Numbered from the stretch's first letter, positions 18,691-26,253 are shown. The stretch: 64,000 bases of DNA from Butyricimonas virosa (GCA_020743075.1 DYVS01000149.1:8159-72158), one strand, 5' to 3'. Numbers and translations: made by a program. Notes: a model not told the origin generated them from the sequence alone.

Positions 18691-19333
18691 ATGGTACAGA
18701 GACAGGTTATTCCATTTCACCAGCTCGGAATTGTACAAGCTACTTTCCGAGCCACGTGAAAAGGTAAAGAAAGAAGCTGGAGAGCTTTCCGAAACTTCAA
18801 AATCGTACGTGTACGATAAAATTTCAGAGTACATAACTAATGGAACTTGCCTAGATTACAAGGATATTAACACTAGAGAGGTGGCGTGGGGTAAGGAACT
18901 AGAGATAAGTGCAAGACACGCTTACGAGAAGAAAAAAGGCGTGGAGGTAAACGACTGCGGTTTTTTCGAGTTTAATGATTACTTCGGTGGATCCCCGGAT
19001 GGACTTGTCGGTCAAGACGGTTTTATCGAGATAAAATGCCCGTTTAACACCTCGATTCACGTCAAGCATCTTCGCTTAAAGGACGAGAATGACTTGAAAA
19101 AAGAGCATTACGAGTATTACGTGCAGATACAAGGTAATTTTATCGCAACGGGACGCAAATGGTGTGATTTCATTAGCTATGACCCTAGATGCCAAAGTGA
19201 ACTTTTTGCACTCAAAGTGATACGTGTTTTGCCTGATCAAGAATTTATCGAGAATTGTATCAAAAAACTAGCGAAGGCAAACGAGTACAAGGAAAAGGTG
19301 ATGGATGAGATCATCAAGTTGCAATGTGCTTAA
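18653..19333 (+). CDS. YqaJ-like viral recombinase exonuclease (PD-(D/E)XK)
   Basis: 226 aa; GGSPDGLVGQDGFIEIKCP catalytic D...E-x-K motif. Confidence 0.8.
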   Translation: MERQKNNLQDNPEWYRDRLFHFTSSELYKLLSEPREKVKKEAGELSETSKSYVYDKISEYITNGTCLDYKDINTREVAWGKELEISARHAYEKKKGVEVNDCGFFEFNDYFGGSPDGLVGQDGFIEIKCPFNTSIHVKHLRLKDENDLKKEHYEYYVQIQGNFIATGRKWCDFISYDPRCQSELFALKVIRVLPDQEFIENCIKKLAKANEYKEKVMDEIIKLQCA

Positions 19334-19352
19334 TAATTAAAATTCAGACAAG

Positions 19353-19727
19353 ATGATAAAGGTTATAGCAACAGGAAACATCGGCAAGGATGCCGAGTTG
19401 AAACAGATCGGTGGTAACAACTACGCTTGTTTTTCCATCGCCATAACAGAAAAAGTAAAAGGAGAATCACGAACGACATGGGTTGACGTGGTGAAACATG
19501 ACAAGGAAGGGAAATTAACCCCTTACTTGAAGAAGGGTGTCCGGGTTCAAGTTATAGGTAAACCGACCACATCCGGTTACATGAACAAGAACGGTGACAT
19601 CGTTTCAACCCTGACGATATGGGTGATGAACGAACTCGAATTTCAAGGAGGGATGAAAAAGGAAGAAGGTAACGGTGGAGGGTTGGATAACATCCCGCAG
19701 GATGATATTGATAATTTGCCATTCTGA
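19353..19727 (+). CDS. ssb: single-stranded DNA-binding protein
   Basis: 124 aa OB-fold pattern (VIATGNIGKDAELKQ...TWVDVV), Gly-rich linker and acidic tip DDIDNLPF. Confidence 0.85.
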   Translation: MIKVIATGNIGKDAELKQIGGNNYACFSIAITEKVKGESRTTWVDVVKHDKEGKLTPYLKKGVRVQVIGKPTTSGYMNKNGDIVSTLTIWVMNELEFQGGMKKEEGNGGGLDNIPQDDIDNLPF

Positions 19728-19729
19728 TC

Positions 19730-20164
19730 ATGAAGTTAAAGCTACTCAACACCATTCAAGGGTTAAAACCTCTATACGATGAAGATTTCGATGAAAAGAA
19801 GAAACTAAAAATCGGGGAGATTTACGTGGCGGATATCAAGAAAGCAAGAAATATCGACTTTCACCGGAAGTATTTCGCCTTGATAAATCTTGCTTGGGAG
19901 TATCAACCGGAACGTGTAATCGAGGGGTATCATCATAATGTCGATCATTTCAGAAAGTCCGTGGAAATATGTGCCGGATGGAGCGAAACGATTTACTCGA
20001 TATCTCGAAAGGAATACATAGAGACTCCGAAGTCAATCGCCTTCGACAAGATGGATGAAGCGGAGTTCATGGACTTGTACGATAACGTGAAGAGAGTGTT
20101 ATTCCAAACGTTTCTCCGGCATATAGATGAAGAAGAGTTCGTGAAAAACTTAATTAACTTCTAA
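19730..20164 (+). CDS. DUF1367-like phage protein
   Basis: 144 aa; KKARNIDFHRKYFALINLAWEYQPE resembles the DUF1367 core. Confidence 0.5.
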   Translation: MKLKLLNTIQGLKPLYDEDFDEKKKLKIGEIYVADIKKARNIDFHRKYFALINLAWEYQPERVIEGYHHNVDHFRKSVEICAGWSETIYSISRKEYIETPKSIAFDKMDEAEFMDLYDNVKRVLFQTFLRHIDEEEFVKNLINF

Positions 20165-20167
20165 TTT

Positions 20168-20443
20168 ATGAATTACGACATACCCGAATCAGTAGATGAA
20201 TTATTCGCTAACGGGGAAAGGAGTTACTCGATAATAGATTACACCATTCCCCCGATGGATAACATTCAGAGCATGGAGTTTTTTCTTGATCAAGTAGGTA
20301 TCGAGGACAAGGATATTGTGGAGGCAGATGGCACGCAAGTGTACTTGAAACATGAAAAATACTCGTATCAAATGTGTATCGATGCCGGTGGACTTGGTGA
20401 TTTCTACTCTCATGGCTATGATGTTAGTATTTACAAAGAATAG
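20168..20443 (+). CDS. hypothetical protein
   Basis: 91-aa ORF in operon register. Confidence 0.4.
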   Translation: MNYDIPESVDELFANGERSYSIIDYTIPPMDNIQSMEFFLDQVGIEDKDIVEADGTQVYLKHEKYSYQMCIDAGGLGDFYSHGYDVSIYKE

Positions 20444-20449
20444 ATTCAC

Positions 20450-20596
20450 ATGAAATCAATACCCAACACCCTACACGCCAACCTAATCAAGTTCCTTGAA
20501 TCGTTACCCGATCACGTGACGGGGAGCACGGTTCGGGATCTTGAGTTCAAGAGGAAGGCAACGTTATTAAAAAGGAAAAAAGATGTAAGGATATAA
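20450..20596 (+). CDS. small hypothetical protein (48 aa)
   Basis: ATG-to-TAA ORF that fills the 20444-20599 gap. Confidence 0.3.
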   Translation: MKSIPNTLHANLIKFLESLPDHVTGSTVRDLEFKRKATLLKRKKDVRI

Positions 20597-20599
20597 CAC

Positions 20600-20803
20600 A
20601 TGAAAGTACAGCTAATAAACCTCGGCCGGAACAAGGTGAACGAGATAGTTTACCCGGCTGACATGAAAGTCTTGCAGAGGATAATCAACAAGCACGTGTT
20701 AACCACTTGCTGGGAGTTGTCACCCTCTGGCAAGGAAGATAATGAACACCTTGTCCTTCGGGGCATGGACGTGATTGGAAAGATTAAAATTTTAAAACAA
20801 TAA
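20600..20803 (+). CDS. hypothetical protein
   Basis: 67-aa ORF in operon register. Confidence 0.4.
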   Translation: MKVQLINLGRNKVNEIVYPADMKVLQRIINKHVLTTCWELSPSGKEDNEHLVLRGMDVIGKIKILKQ

Positions 20804-20808
20804 AAATT

Positions 20809-21258
20809 ATGACAGCGAATTGGTTTGAAGTAAAAGTAAAATACGTGAAAGTCGGTGAAGACGGCAAAGAGAAAAAAGTATCCGAGTTATATCTACTGGA
20901 TAGCATGAGTTTCACGGAGGCAGAGGGCCGGATCACGGAGAAGTTAAAAGAAATAATTCAATATGATTTTCACGTAACGAGCATCAAGCCCTCGAATATT
21001 TCCGAGATTGTCGAATCAAAAGACACGAAAGATGACAAGTGGTTTAAAGCGAAAGTGGCTATCATTGACGCTGATACTATCACCGGCAGGGAAAAAAGAT
21101 CAAACGTTTATTTTCTAGTTGCCGGATCGGATGTTAACGTGGCGTTGGAAAACTTGCGCAAGGCATTATCAACTTACCTTGTTCCCACTGACGTTGTACA
21201 GGTTGGCGATTCAAATATAATGGATGTATTCCCTTATTTCGAGGATAGACAAGAATAA
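20809..21258 (+). CDS. DUF4494 domain protein
   Basis: 149 aa; WFEVKVKYVKVGEDGKEKKVSELYLLDSMSFTEAEGRITEKL matches the Bacteroidota DUF4494 N-terminus. Confidence 0.6.
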   Translation: MTANWFEVKVKYVKVGEDGKEKKVSELYLLDSMSFTEAEGRITEKLKEIIQYDFHVTSIKPSNISEIVESKDTKDDKWFKAKVAIIDADTITGREKRSNVYFLVAGSDVNVALENLRKALSTYLVPTDVVQVGDSNIMDVFPYFEDRQE

Positions 21259-21265
21259 AAACACT

Positions 21266-21430
21266 GCCCGGGTATCCGGGCACTTGGAGAAGAGGCAAAA
21301 TAGGAAATGCTGTGAAAGATTGTGTATGGGGATTATGCACCCGGTATTCCTACGCATAAGACTTAGCGATTCAGTATCAAACGGAAAGCACAACAAAATC
21401 GCCATCTCGGTTCGACTCCGGGCTTCTCCG
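21266..21430 (+). ncRNA. candidate tRNA-like structured RNA
   Basis: Hairpin GCCCGG-GTAT-CCGGGC (21266-21281); acceptor-like GGAGAAG (21286-21292) pairs with CTTCTCC (21423-21429) next to the T-arm CTCGG-TTCGACT-CCGGG (21406-21422); internal hairpins TTATGC/GCATAA and GCGATT/AATCGC. Alternative: the 74-aa ORF 21224-21448. Confidence 0.35.
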
Positions 21431-21450
21431 CTAATTAAAAACAACTAAAC

Positions 21451-21804
21451 ATGATACAAGTAATACACGGTAAAGTGCCTAGCAAATCCAACTCGTACAA
21501 GGTTATAACCTTAAACGGACATGGTTCACTGGCAAAGCAAAAGACGCTTAAAGATTACGAGAAATCATTTTACTTGCAATGCGACAAGTACAGGAACAAG
21601 AACATGGACGGTTTATTCGAGATACGGCTGAAAGTTTTTTACGAGAATAAACGCCCCGACCTTGATAACTGCTTGAAAGTGGTACTTGATTGCCTGCAAG
21701 AATGCAAGGCCATCAAAAACGATCGTGATTGCGTGAAGGTAGTTGCCGAGAAATTTATAGATAAAATGAACCCTCGAATTGAATTTGAATTAAACTGGGT
21801 GTAA
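21451..21804 (+). CDS. rusA: RusA-family Holliday junction resolvase
   Basis: 117 aa; PDLDNCLKVVLDCLQ...KNDRDCV catalytic Asp pattern. Confidence 0.8.
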   Translation: MIQVIHGKVPSKSNSYKVITLNGHGSLAKQKTLKDYEKSFYLQCDKYRNKNMDGLFEIRLKVFYENKRPDLDNCLKVVLDCLQECKAIKNDRDCVKVVAEKFIDKMNPRIEFELNWV

Positions 21805-21816
21805 AAATTTGGCGTT

Positions 21817-21851
21817 GGAATTTGAAATTACGGATAATAGTTGTATGTTTG
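21817..21851 (+). promoter_or_regulatory. Bacteroidota promoter, copy 1 of a duplicated promoter
   Basis: TTTG (21821-21824), 19-nt spacer, TATGTTTG (21844-21851); nearly identical to 22741-22776. Confidence 0.6.
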
Positions 21852-21874
21852 AAATGTTGTTAAAACGCAAGATC

Positions 21875-22681
21875 ATGGGACAATGTAATGATAATTCACA
21901 GCTCGCATTGAGAATTCATATCAAGAATTCAGAACCTATCCAAGTGTCTGATTTTACTGCATCAATGAACGCTATCGGATCGTACTTTTCTAGTTTTGCT
22001 CAAAAGAACGGTATGTCCAAGGAATTATCTAACGCCAAGCTATGCGTTAGCAAGATAACCGAAGGTTCTATTGACATTCATCTCGTTGAACTGGTTTCCC
22101 TATCCATGATCCCGTTCGTGGAGAATTTCAACTTAATCATGGAGTTTGCCAAGAACTTGAAAAACGTCTACGATTATTTCACTTCATCTTCTGGCGAAAA
22201 ACCAGAATTGACAGCTAAAGAATTGCAAGATTTGCATGATATTCTGTCAATACCTTCTAAAGATCAATGTGGGCAAATGGACATTCAGGTGATAAAAGGA
22301 GATGTTAATAATGTTGTCTATACTGGTTGCACTTTCAATTATATAGAGAGCAACGGTACCCAAAATTTAATTGATAAAGAGATTGAAATTGTAAAATCCG
22401 TATCTGAACAAGACGAGATACACACGAATCAACTCATGACCATGTATCAAATCAGGGGTATCAATAGCAATTCTGGAAATAAAGGGATAATAGAAGCGTT
22501 AAACAAAAAGGCGTTAAATCTCTTGTTTGAATCTGATGGAATCAAGGATCAGATAATAAATTCAAAGAACAATCCATTAAAGAAAGTGTTTGCCGTTGAT
22601 GTTGTTATACAAAACATGAATAACAAACCGTTTGCTTATAAAATCGTTAAACTACTTGATGTTTTTGATATAGAAGACTAA
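21875..22681 (+). CDS. hypothetical protein (self-contained moron)
   Basis: 268 aa from ATG 21875 (the track ORF starts at 21809 inside the promoter); own promoter and terminator; no recognised domain. Confidence 0.55.
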   Translation: MGQCNDNSQLALRIHIKNSEPIQVSDFTASMNAIGSYFSSFAQKNGMSKELSNAKLCVSKITEGSIDIHLVELVSLSMIPFVENFNLIMEFAKNLKNVYDYFTSSSGEKPELTAKELQDLHDILSIPSKDQCGQMDIQVIKGDVNNVVYTGCTFNYIESNGTQNLIDKEIEIVKSVSEQDEIHTNQLMTMYQIRGINSNSGNKGIIEALNKKALNLLFESDGIKDQIINSKNNPLKKVFAVDVVIQNMNNKPFAYKIVKLLDVFDIED

Positions 22682-22712
22682 CCTTCCACATATTTATATT
22701 TTTAGTATCAAG

Positions 22713-22737
22713 GCGAGTAAATTCTACTCGCTTTTTT
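22713..22737 (+). terminator. rho-independent terminator
   Basis: GCGAGTA-AATTC-TACTCGC followed by TTTTTT. Confidence 0.75.
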
Positions 22738-22740
22738 CGT

Positions 22741-22776
22741 GGAATTTGGAATTTAAAGATAATAGTTGTATGTTTG
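22741..22776 (+). promoter_or_regulatory. Bacteroidota promoter, copy 2
   Basis: TTTG (22745-22748), 20-nt spacer, TATGTTTG (22769-22776). Confidence 0.6.
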
Positions 22777-22781
22777 CCTTT

Positions 22782-22974
22782 GCCAAAGACTTATTGCAAA
22801 CAAACGTGTCAGAGCTATTTTTATGGCTACTGGTAAGCTATTATCTATAACGATATAAGGCTATCACCCCTTGTTGGCTATGACAGTTTGTTGTAGTGGT
22901 CTTTGGCGAGATAAGAGGGGCTGGTAGCCTTTCTTGTATTATTAATTTCAAATTTCATTCAATGCCAAAGACCA
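22782..22974 (+). promoter_or_regulatory. structured 5' leader L1 with alternative helices
   Basis: X GCCAAAGAC (22782-22790), X' TGGTCTTTGGC (22897-22907), X2 GCCAAAGACCA (22964-22974, includes the G of the ATG); helix AAGGCTAT (22857-22864)/GTAGCCTT (22924-22931); CCCC/GGGG inner helix. Confidence 0.5.
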
Positions 22975-23243
22975 ATGAAATTTGTAAAGGTGCGAAGTAT
23001 AGTAACACCCGAACACGTGAATCCCAACGAAAGAGGGAAATCCAAAAGTTGCAACACAAACTTTCCAAGTTGCACGAAGAATTAAGCAAGGAGAAAGAGT
23101 GTAAGGACAAAGCTTATTACTTCATCCTTAGCACGAACAACTTTAATAGATACGCTGAATTCAGTAAAAAATTTGACGGTTTCACGGCATGGCACGAGGC
23201 GTGCGTGGTGAAAATGCAAATGGACGCGTTGGAAAGTAAATAA
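22962..23243 (+). CDS. small coiled-coil protein, paralog A
   Basis: 93 aa from ATG 22962; KDKAYYFILSTNNFNRYAEFSKKF shared with the ORF at 25825 (KNKAYYFIISSGNFNRFAEFCKKH). Confidence 0.55.
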   Translation: MPKTNEICKGAKYSNTRTRESQRKREIQKLQHKLSKLHEELSKEKECKDKAYYFILSTNNFNRYAEFSKKFDGFTAWHEACVVKMQMDALESK

Positions 23244-23260
23244 TCTAAACCAAATAATAC

Positions 23261-23914
23261 ATGAAGACAAATCAAGAAATGATTCGTCCGATGGGTAATT
23301 TTAACGTTATCCAGAGGACGAAGGACGGTATGTTTAACGCCACTGATTTATTGAAACAATGGAATTCATTCAATAGTCAGCAAAAACAGATAGTCCACTA
23401 CACGGAGAATTCTTCCACGTCTGAATTTATAAACGCCTTGATACTAGAGGAAAATTTAAAAGAACGGAATTCCGTTATTATACAATGCAGAGGTAAAAAT
23501 GGTGGAACGTGGATGCATCCTTTACTTTTTATCGACTTTGCCATGTGGTTGAACCCAACCTTTAAGGTAAAGGTTTTAAAATTCGTTTCCGACGAGATGA
23601 TTCGTTACCGCAATGATGCCGGGGACGCTTACTTGAAATTAAGTTCTGCCGTGATGAAAATAGTACCAAGGGATTTCATGCCTAAAGCGATGAAGAAAAT
23701 AGCGGAGGCTTTAAACTGGGTAATATTTAACGAACACGAGAGTGGGATCAGGAACAAGCACGGGGAGGAAAGCAAGCAAAGAGAATTGTTTCACTTGGAA
23801 TCCAAGGTTACAGATCTTATAAACGAGGGATTTATCACGTCGTACGATCAACTTCTTAAATATTTAAGGAAACAATGGAATAATAATTGGCAGCCTAAAG
23901 TATTGCAAGTATAA
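23261..23914 (+). CDS. KilA-N domain protein
   Basis: 217 aa; FNVIQRTKDGMFNATDLLKQW...GGTWMHPLLFIDFAMWLNPTFKVKV. Confidence 0.8.
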   Translation: MKTNQEMIRPMGNFNVIQRTKDGMFNATDLLKQWNSFNSQQKQIVHYTENSSTSEFINALILEENLKERNSVIIQCRGKNGGTWMHPLLFIDFAMWLNPTFKVKVLKFVSDEMIRYRNDAGDAYLKLSSAVMKIVPRDFMPKAMKKIAEALNWVIFNEHESGIRNKHGEESKQRELFHLESKVTDLINEGFITSYDQLLKYLRKQWNNNWQPKVLQV

Positions 23915-24022
23915 ATAACAACGGGACAGGTAAATTGAATGTCACTAAAAACGGCATTTAACCCGAATCTGGACTTTAGCTAATAATAACACCTGTCCCG
24001 TTTTCAATCAAATAATGAAGGT

Positions 24023-24232
24023 ATGATGAAACGCCGAACCAAGCTTGCCAAACAGCCTGACAACCCACCGGATCGTGATATAGTGATCATCGCTACATCC
24101 CCTCCCACGGATTGCCTTACCTGTATTCATCATTCAGTTTGGAAGTACAACTTGATCGAGTGCAAGTACAGGGTTTGCCCGCAGCCTAACTGTAAACACA
24201 ACAACATCACTTGCGTGAATTATGAGAGATAG
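24023..24232 (+). CDS. small Cys-rich protein
   Basis: 69-aa ORF that overlaps the methyltransferase start. Confidence 0.35.
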   Translation: MMKRRTKLAKQPDNPPDRDIVIIATSPPTDCLTCIHHSVWKYNLIECKYRVCPQPNCKHNNITCVNYER

Positions 24233-24236
24233 AATA

Positions 24237-24971
24237 ATGACACACGGTAGTCTTTTTAGCGGTATAGGAGGTTTTGAGCTAGGAGCGGAATGGGCCGGAA
24301 TCCCTACCCTGTGGAACTGCGAGATTGAAGATTATCAACGTGAAGTTTTAAAAAAAAATTTTCCCCATGTTAAACAATACAGAGACATCACGAAAACATC
24401 AGGACTTGGACACGTGGACATCATTAGTGGAGGATTTCCGTGTCAAGACATCAGCGTTGCCGGCAAAGGTGAAGGTATTACCGGGAAGAGATCGGGGTTA
24501 TGGACCGAGATGCACCGAGTTATTCGGGAAGTTAGACCCGCTTACGTCATCATTGAAAACAGCCCAGCTCTCCTTTATAGAGGATTCGAGAGAGTGCTAT
24601 GCGACCTTTCCCAAAGCGGGTATAATGCAGAATGGCAATGTATACGTAACTCGTCTTTTGGATTCCCGCATCACCGTGAAAGGCTGTACGTTATTGCCTA
24701 CACCAACGAAATCAGACCACAAGGCAACGTTCGCGTCGATAGATGCTTTAAACCGGTATTTAAGGAGTGGACACCAAATTCGGATGATGGATATTCTTGC
24801 GCAAAAAGGATTCTCCAAATGCCAACGTGTGGCCATATTCGAAATGGTGATGGGTTTCCCGGCTGGATACACAGGGTTGGATCTATCGGGAACGCCGTGA
24901 ACCCGTGCGTGGCGAAGTATTTATTCGAGTGCATAAAAGAATTTGACAGGAAAGTAGAAACAATAGCTTGA
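24237..24971 (+). CDS. DNA (cytosine-5)-methyltransferase, orphan
   Basis: MTHGSLFSGIGGFELG (motif I), GGFPCQDISVAG (IV), IIENSPAL (VI), FPHHRERLYVIAY (VIII), FPGW...SIGNAVNP (IX/X); no adjacent endonuclease. Confidence 0.8.
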   Translation: MTHGSLFSGIGGFELGAEWAGIPTLWNCEIEDYQREVLKKNFPHVKQYRDITKTSGLGHVDIISGGFPCQDISVAGKGEGITGKRSGLWTEMHRVIREVRPAYVIIENSPALLYRGFERVLCDLSQSGYNAEWQCIRNSSFGFPHHRERLYVIAYTNEIRPQGNVRVDRCFKPVFKEWTPNSDDGYSCAKRILQMPTCGHIRNGDGFPGWIHRVGSIGNAVNPCVAKYLFECIKEFDRKVETIA

Positions 24972-24987
24972 ACTATAAAATTACACG

Positions 24988-25389
24988 ATGAAGAAAATCA
25001 AGAAATCATACATACGATTGGAATATATCAACTGCACGAATGACGCTGATATTATTGAAACTCACGGGGATAGAATGGTACATATTTATTCCCGTGAACA
25101 TGGACTTTACTGGAGTGGGGAAAGCGGGTACACGAGAGACAAGACAAAGGCTCACGCTTTCACTCTGCGACACGCTTACGGGCTCACGAAGCTATGCGGC
25201 CCGGAGAAAGGGATAGAATTTCATTTTATCGAAAAAGTACTACAAATAGACACGATAATTTGCCCTAATTGCGGGGGAACGTGTCAAGCGGAAGTGAAAG
25301 AGTCATTTCCTTTTAATGACTTTACTCACAAGTGCGAGCATTGCGGTTATTGGATCATGGAATCAGAATGGGAAACTATAAAAAAATAA
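24988..25389 (+). CDS. hypothetical protein with C-terminal zinc ribbon
   Basis: 133 aa; CPNCGG...CEHCGYW. Confidence 0.45.
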   Translation: MKKIKKSYIRLEYINCTNDADIIETHGDRMVHIYSREHGLYWSGESGYTRDKTKAHAFTLRHAYGLTKLCGPEKGIEFHFIEKVLQIDTIICPNCGGTCQAEVKESFPFNDFTHKCEHCGYWIMESEWETIKK

Positions 25390-25394
25390 ACTAT

Positions 25395-25592
25395 ATGAGC
25401 AAGAAAAGAAAAAACGACATCCGGAGAATAATCACGATTACCCCGGTAGAGTTCAAGACGGTAAAACGTGAAGAAGAATTCGTCAGCATGACAGCTTACG
25501 AGATGCTGGCTAACGCTTTCGATGCAGCGATGGACGAGATAACGATGTTAAGGGGCAAGCTGGCGAGAATACAGGAATTGATTAAAGAATAA
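25395..25592 (+). CDS. hypothetical protein
   Basis: 65 aa from ATG 25395, in frame with track ORF 25332-25592. Confidence 0.4.
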   Translation: MSKKRKNDIRRIITITPVEFKTVKREEEFVSMTAYEMLANAFDAAMDEITMLRGKLARIQELIKE

Positions 25593-25630
25593 AATATTCG
25601 ATTGATTAATTGGCATTTTGAAATTTGTTG

Positions 25631-25836
25631 TATCTTTGTGGTGTTCAGACCAAGAACACATACATATAATTGCAAATGGTATTTTTATGCCGTTTGATAG
25701 TTTATATCAGCAAAGATATAGGGCTATTCAATACCCGTAGCTGCCGTTTGCAAATATGTAAATGGTGTTCTTGGTCGAACAATCGGGGTTGAGTAGCCCT
25801 TTTTAAATACAAATTTCAAAGCTAATGACCAAGAAC
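25631..25836 (+). promoter_or_regulatory. promoter plus structured 5' leader L2 (paralog of L1)
   Basis: -7 box TATCTTTG (25631-25638); X GACCAAGAACAC (25648-25659), X' GTGTTCTTGGTC (25765-25776), X2 GACCAAGAAC (25827-25836, includes the G of the ATG); helix AGGGCTAT (25720-25727)/GTAGCCCT (25793-25800). Confidence 0.5.
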
Positions 25837-26118
25837 TTGAAATTTGCCGACAACGTACAAGGTACGATTAAACGCACGTCCACCCACGAAACGGGTAAAT
25901 TGCTATCTAAAATCAATTCGTTACAAGGACAGCTTGAATCTTGCAGGAACGCCCTAGAGATAGAGAAGAACGCCAAGAACAAGGCGTACTATTTCATCAT
26001 CAGTTCCGGTAACTTTAACAGGTTCGCCGAGTTCTGCAAGAAACACCCCGCCACTCTCGATTATCACGGGGCGTGCGTGGCCGAGTTGTACCTTCAAGCT
26101 GTTTCAAACGAGAAATAA
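25825..26118 (+). CDS. small coiled-coil protein, paralog B
   Basis: 97 aa; shares the KAYYFI.S..NFNR.AEF.KK core with the ORF at 22962. Confidence 0.55.
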   Translation: MTKNLKFADNVQGTIKRTSTHETGKLLSKINSLQGQLESCRNALEIEKNAKNKAYYFIISSGNFNRFAEFCKKHPATLDYHGACVAELYLQAVSNEK

Positions 26119-26253
26119 AAGATACATGATTAGAAAAATAAAATTCATCATGTGGTACTTGAAACTCCGTGTCAATGGATTTACCCACGGGGTTTCAATC
26201 ATGGCCCTTAAAGGCAAGGGCGGGAGGTTTTACAAACTTAAAAATCGGGAAAC

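Noticed and set aside
22741-22975. A retron-like msr/msd ncRNA (flanking inverted repeats around a structured core) or a type III toxin-antitoxin RNA.
   Set aside because: No reverse transcriptase gene follows, and there are no tandem RNA repeats. The third copy of the repeat overlaps the start codon, which fits a cis-regulatory switch better.
23923-24005. A terminator after the KilA-N gene: GGGACAGGT (23923-23931) and ACCTGTCCC (23991-23999) followed by GTTTTC.
   Set aside because: The 9-bp stem encloses a 59-nt loop and has a weak T-tract. It may be a structured element, but I could not support a terminator call.
24367-24900. A 177-aa ORF in the +1 frame inside the cytosine methyltransferase gene. 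Its translation contains methylase-looking strings (LLPTPTKSD, MGFPAGYT), which suggested a frameshifted or overprinted gene.
   Set aside because: The annotated frame carries every C5-MTase motif in order, including FPGW...SIGNAVNP at the C-terminus. The GFP string appears in both frames only because of the GGGTTTCCCGG homopolymer triplets. The other resemblance overlaps nucleotides that already encode motifs VI-VIII, so both cannot be ancestral. I treat it as a chance open frame, though a profile search of the 177-aa translation would settle it.
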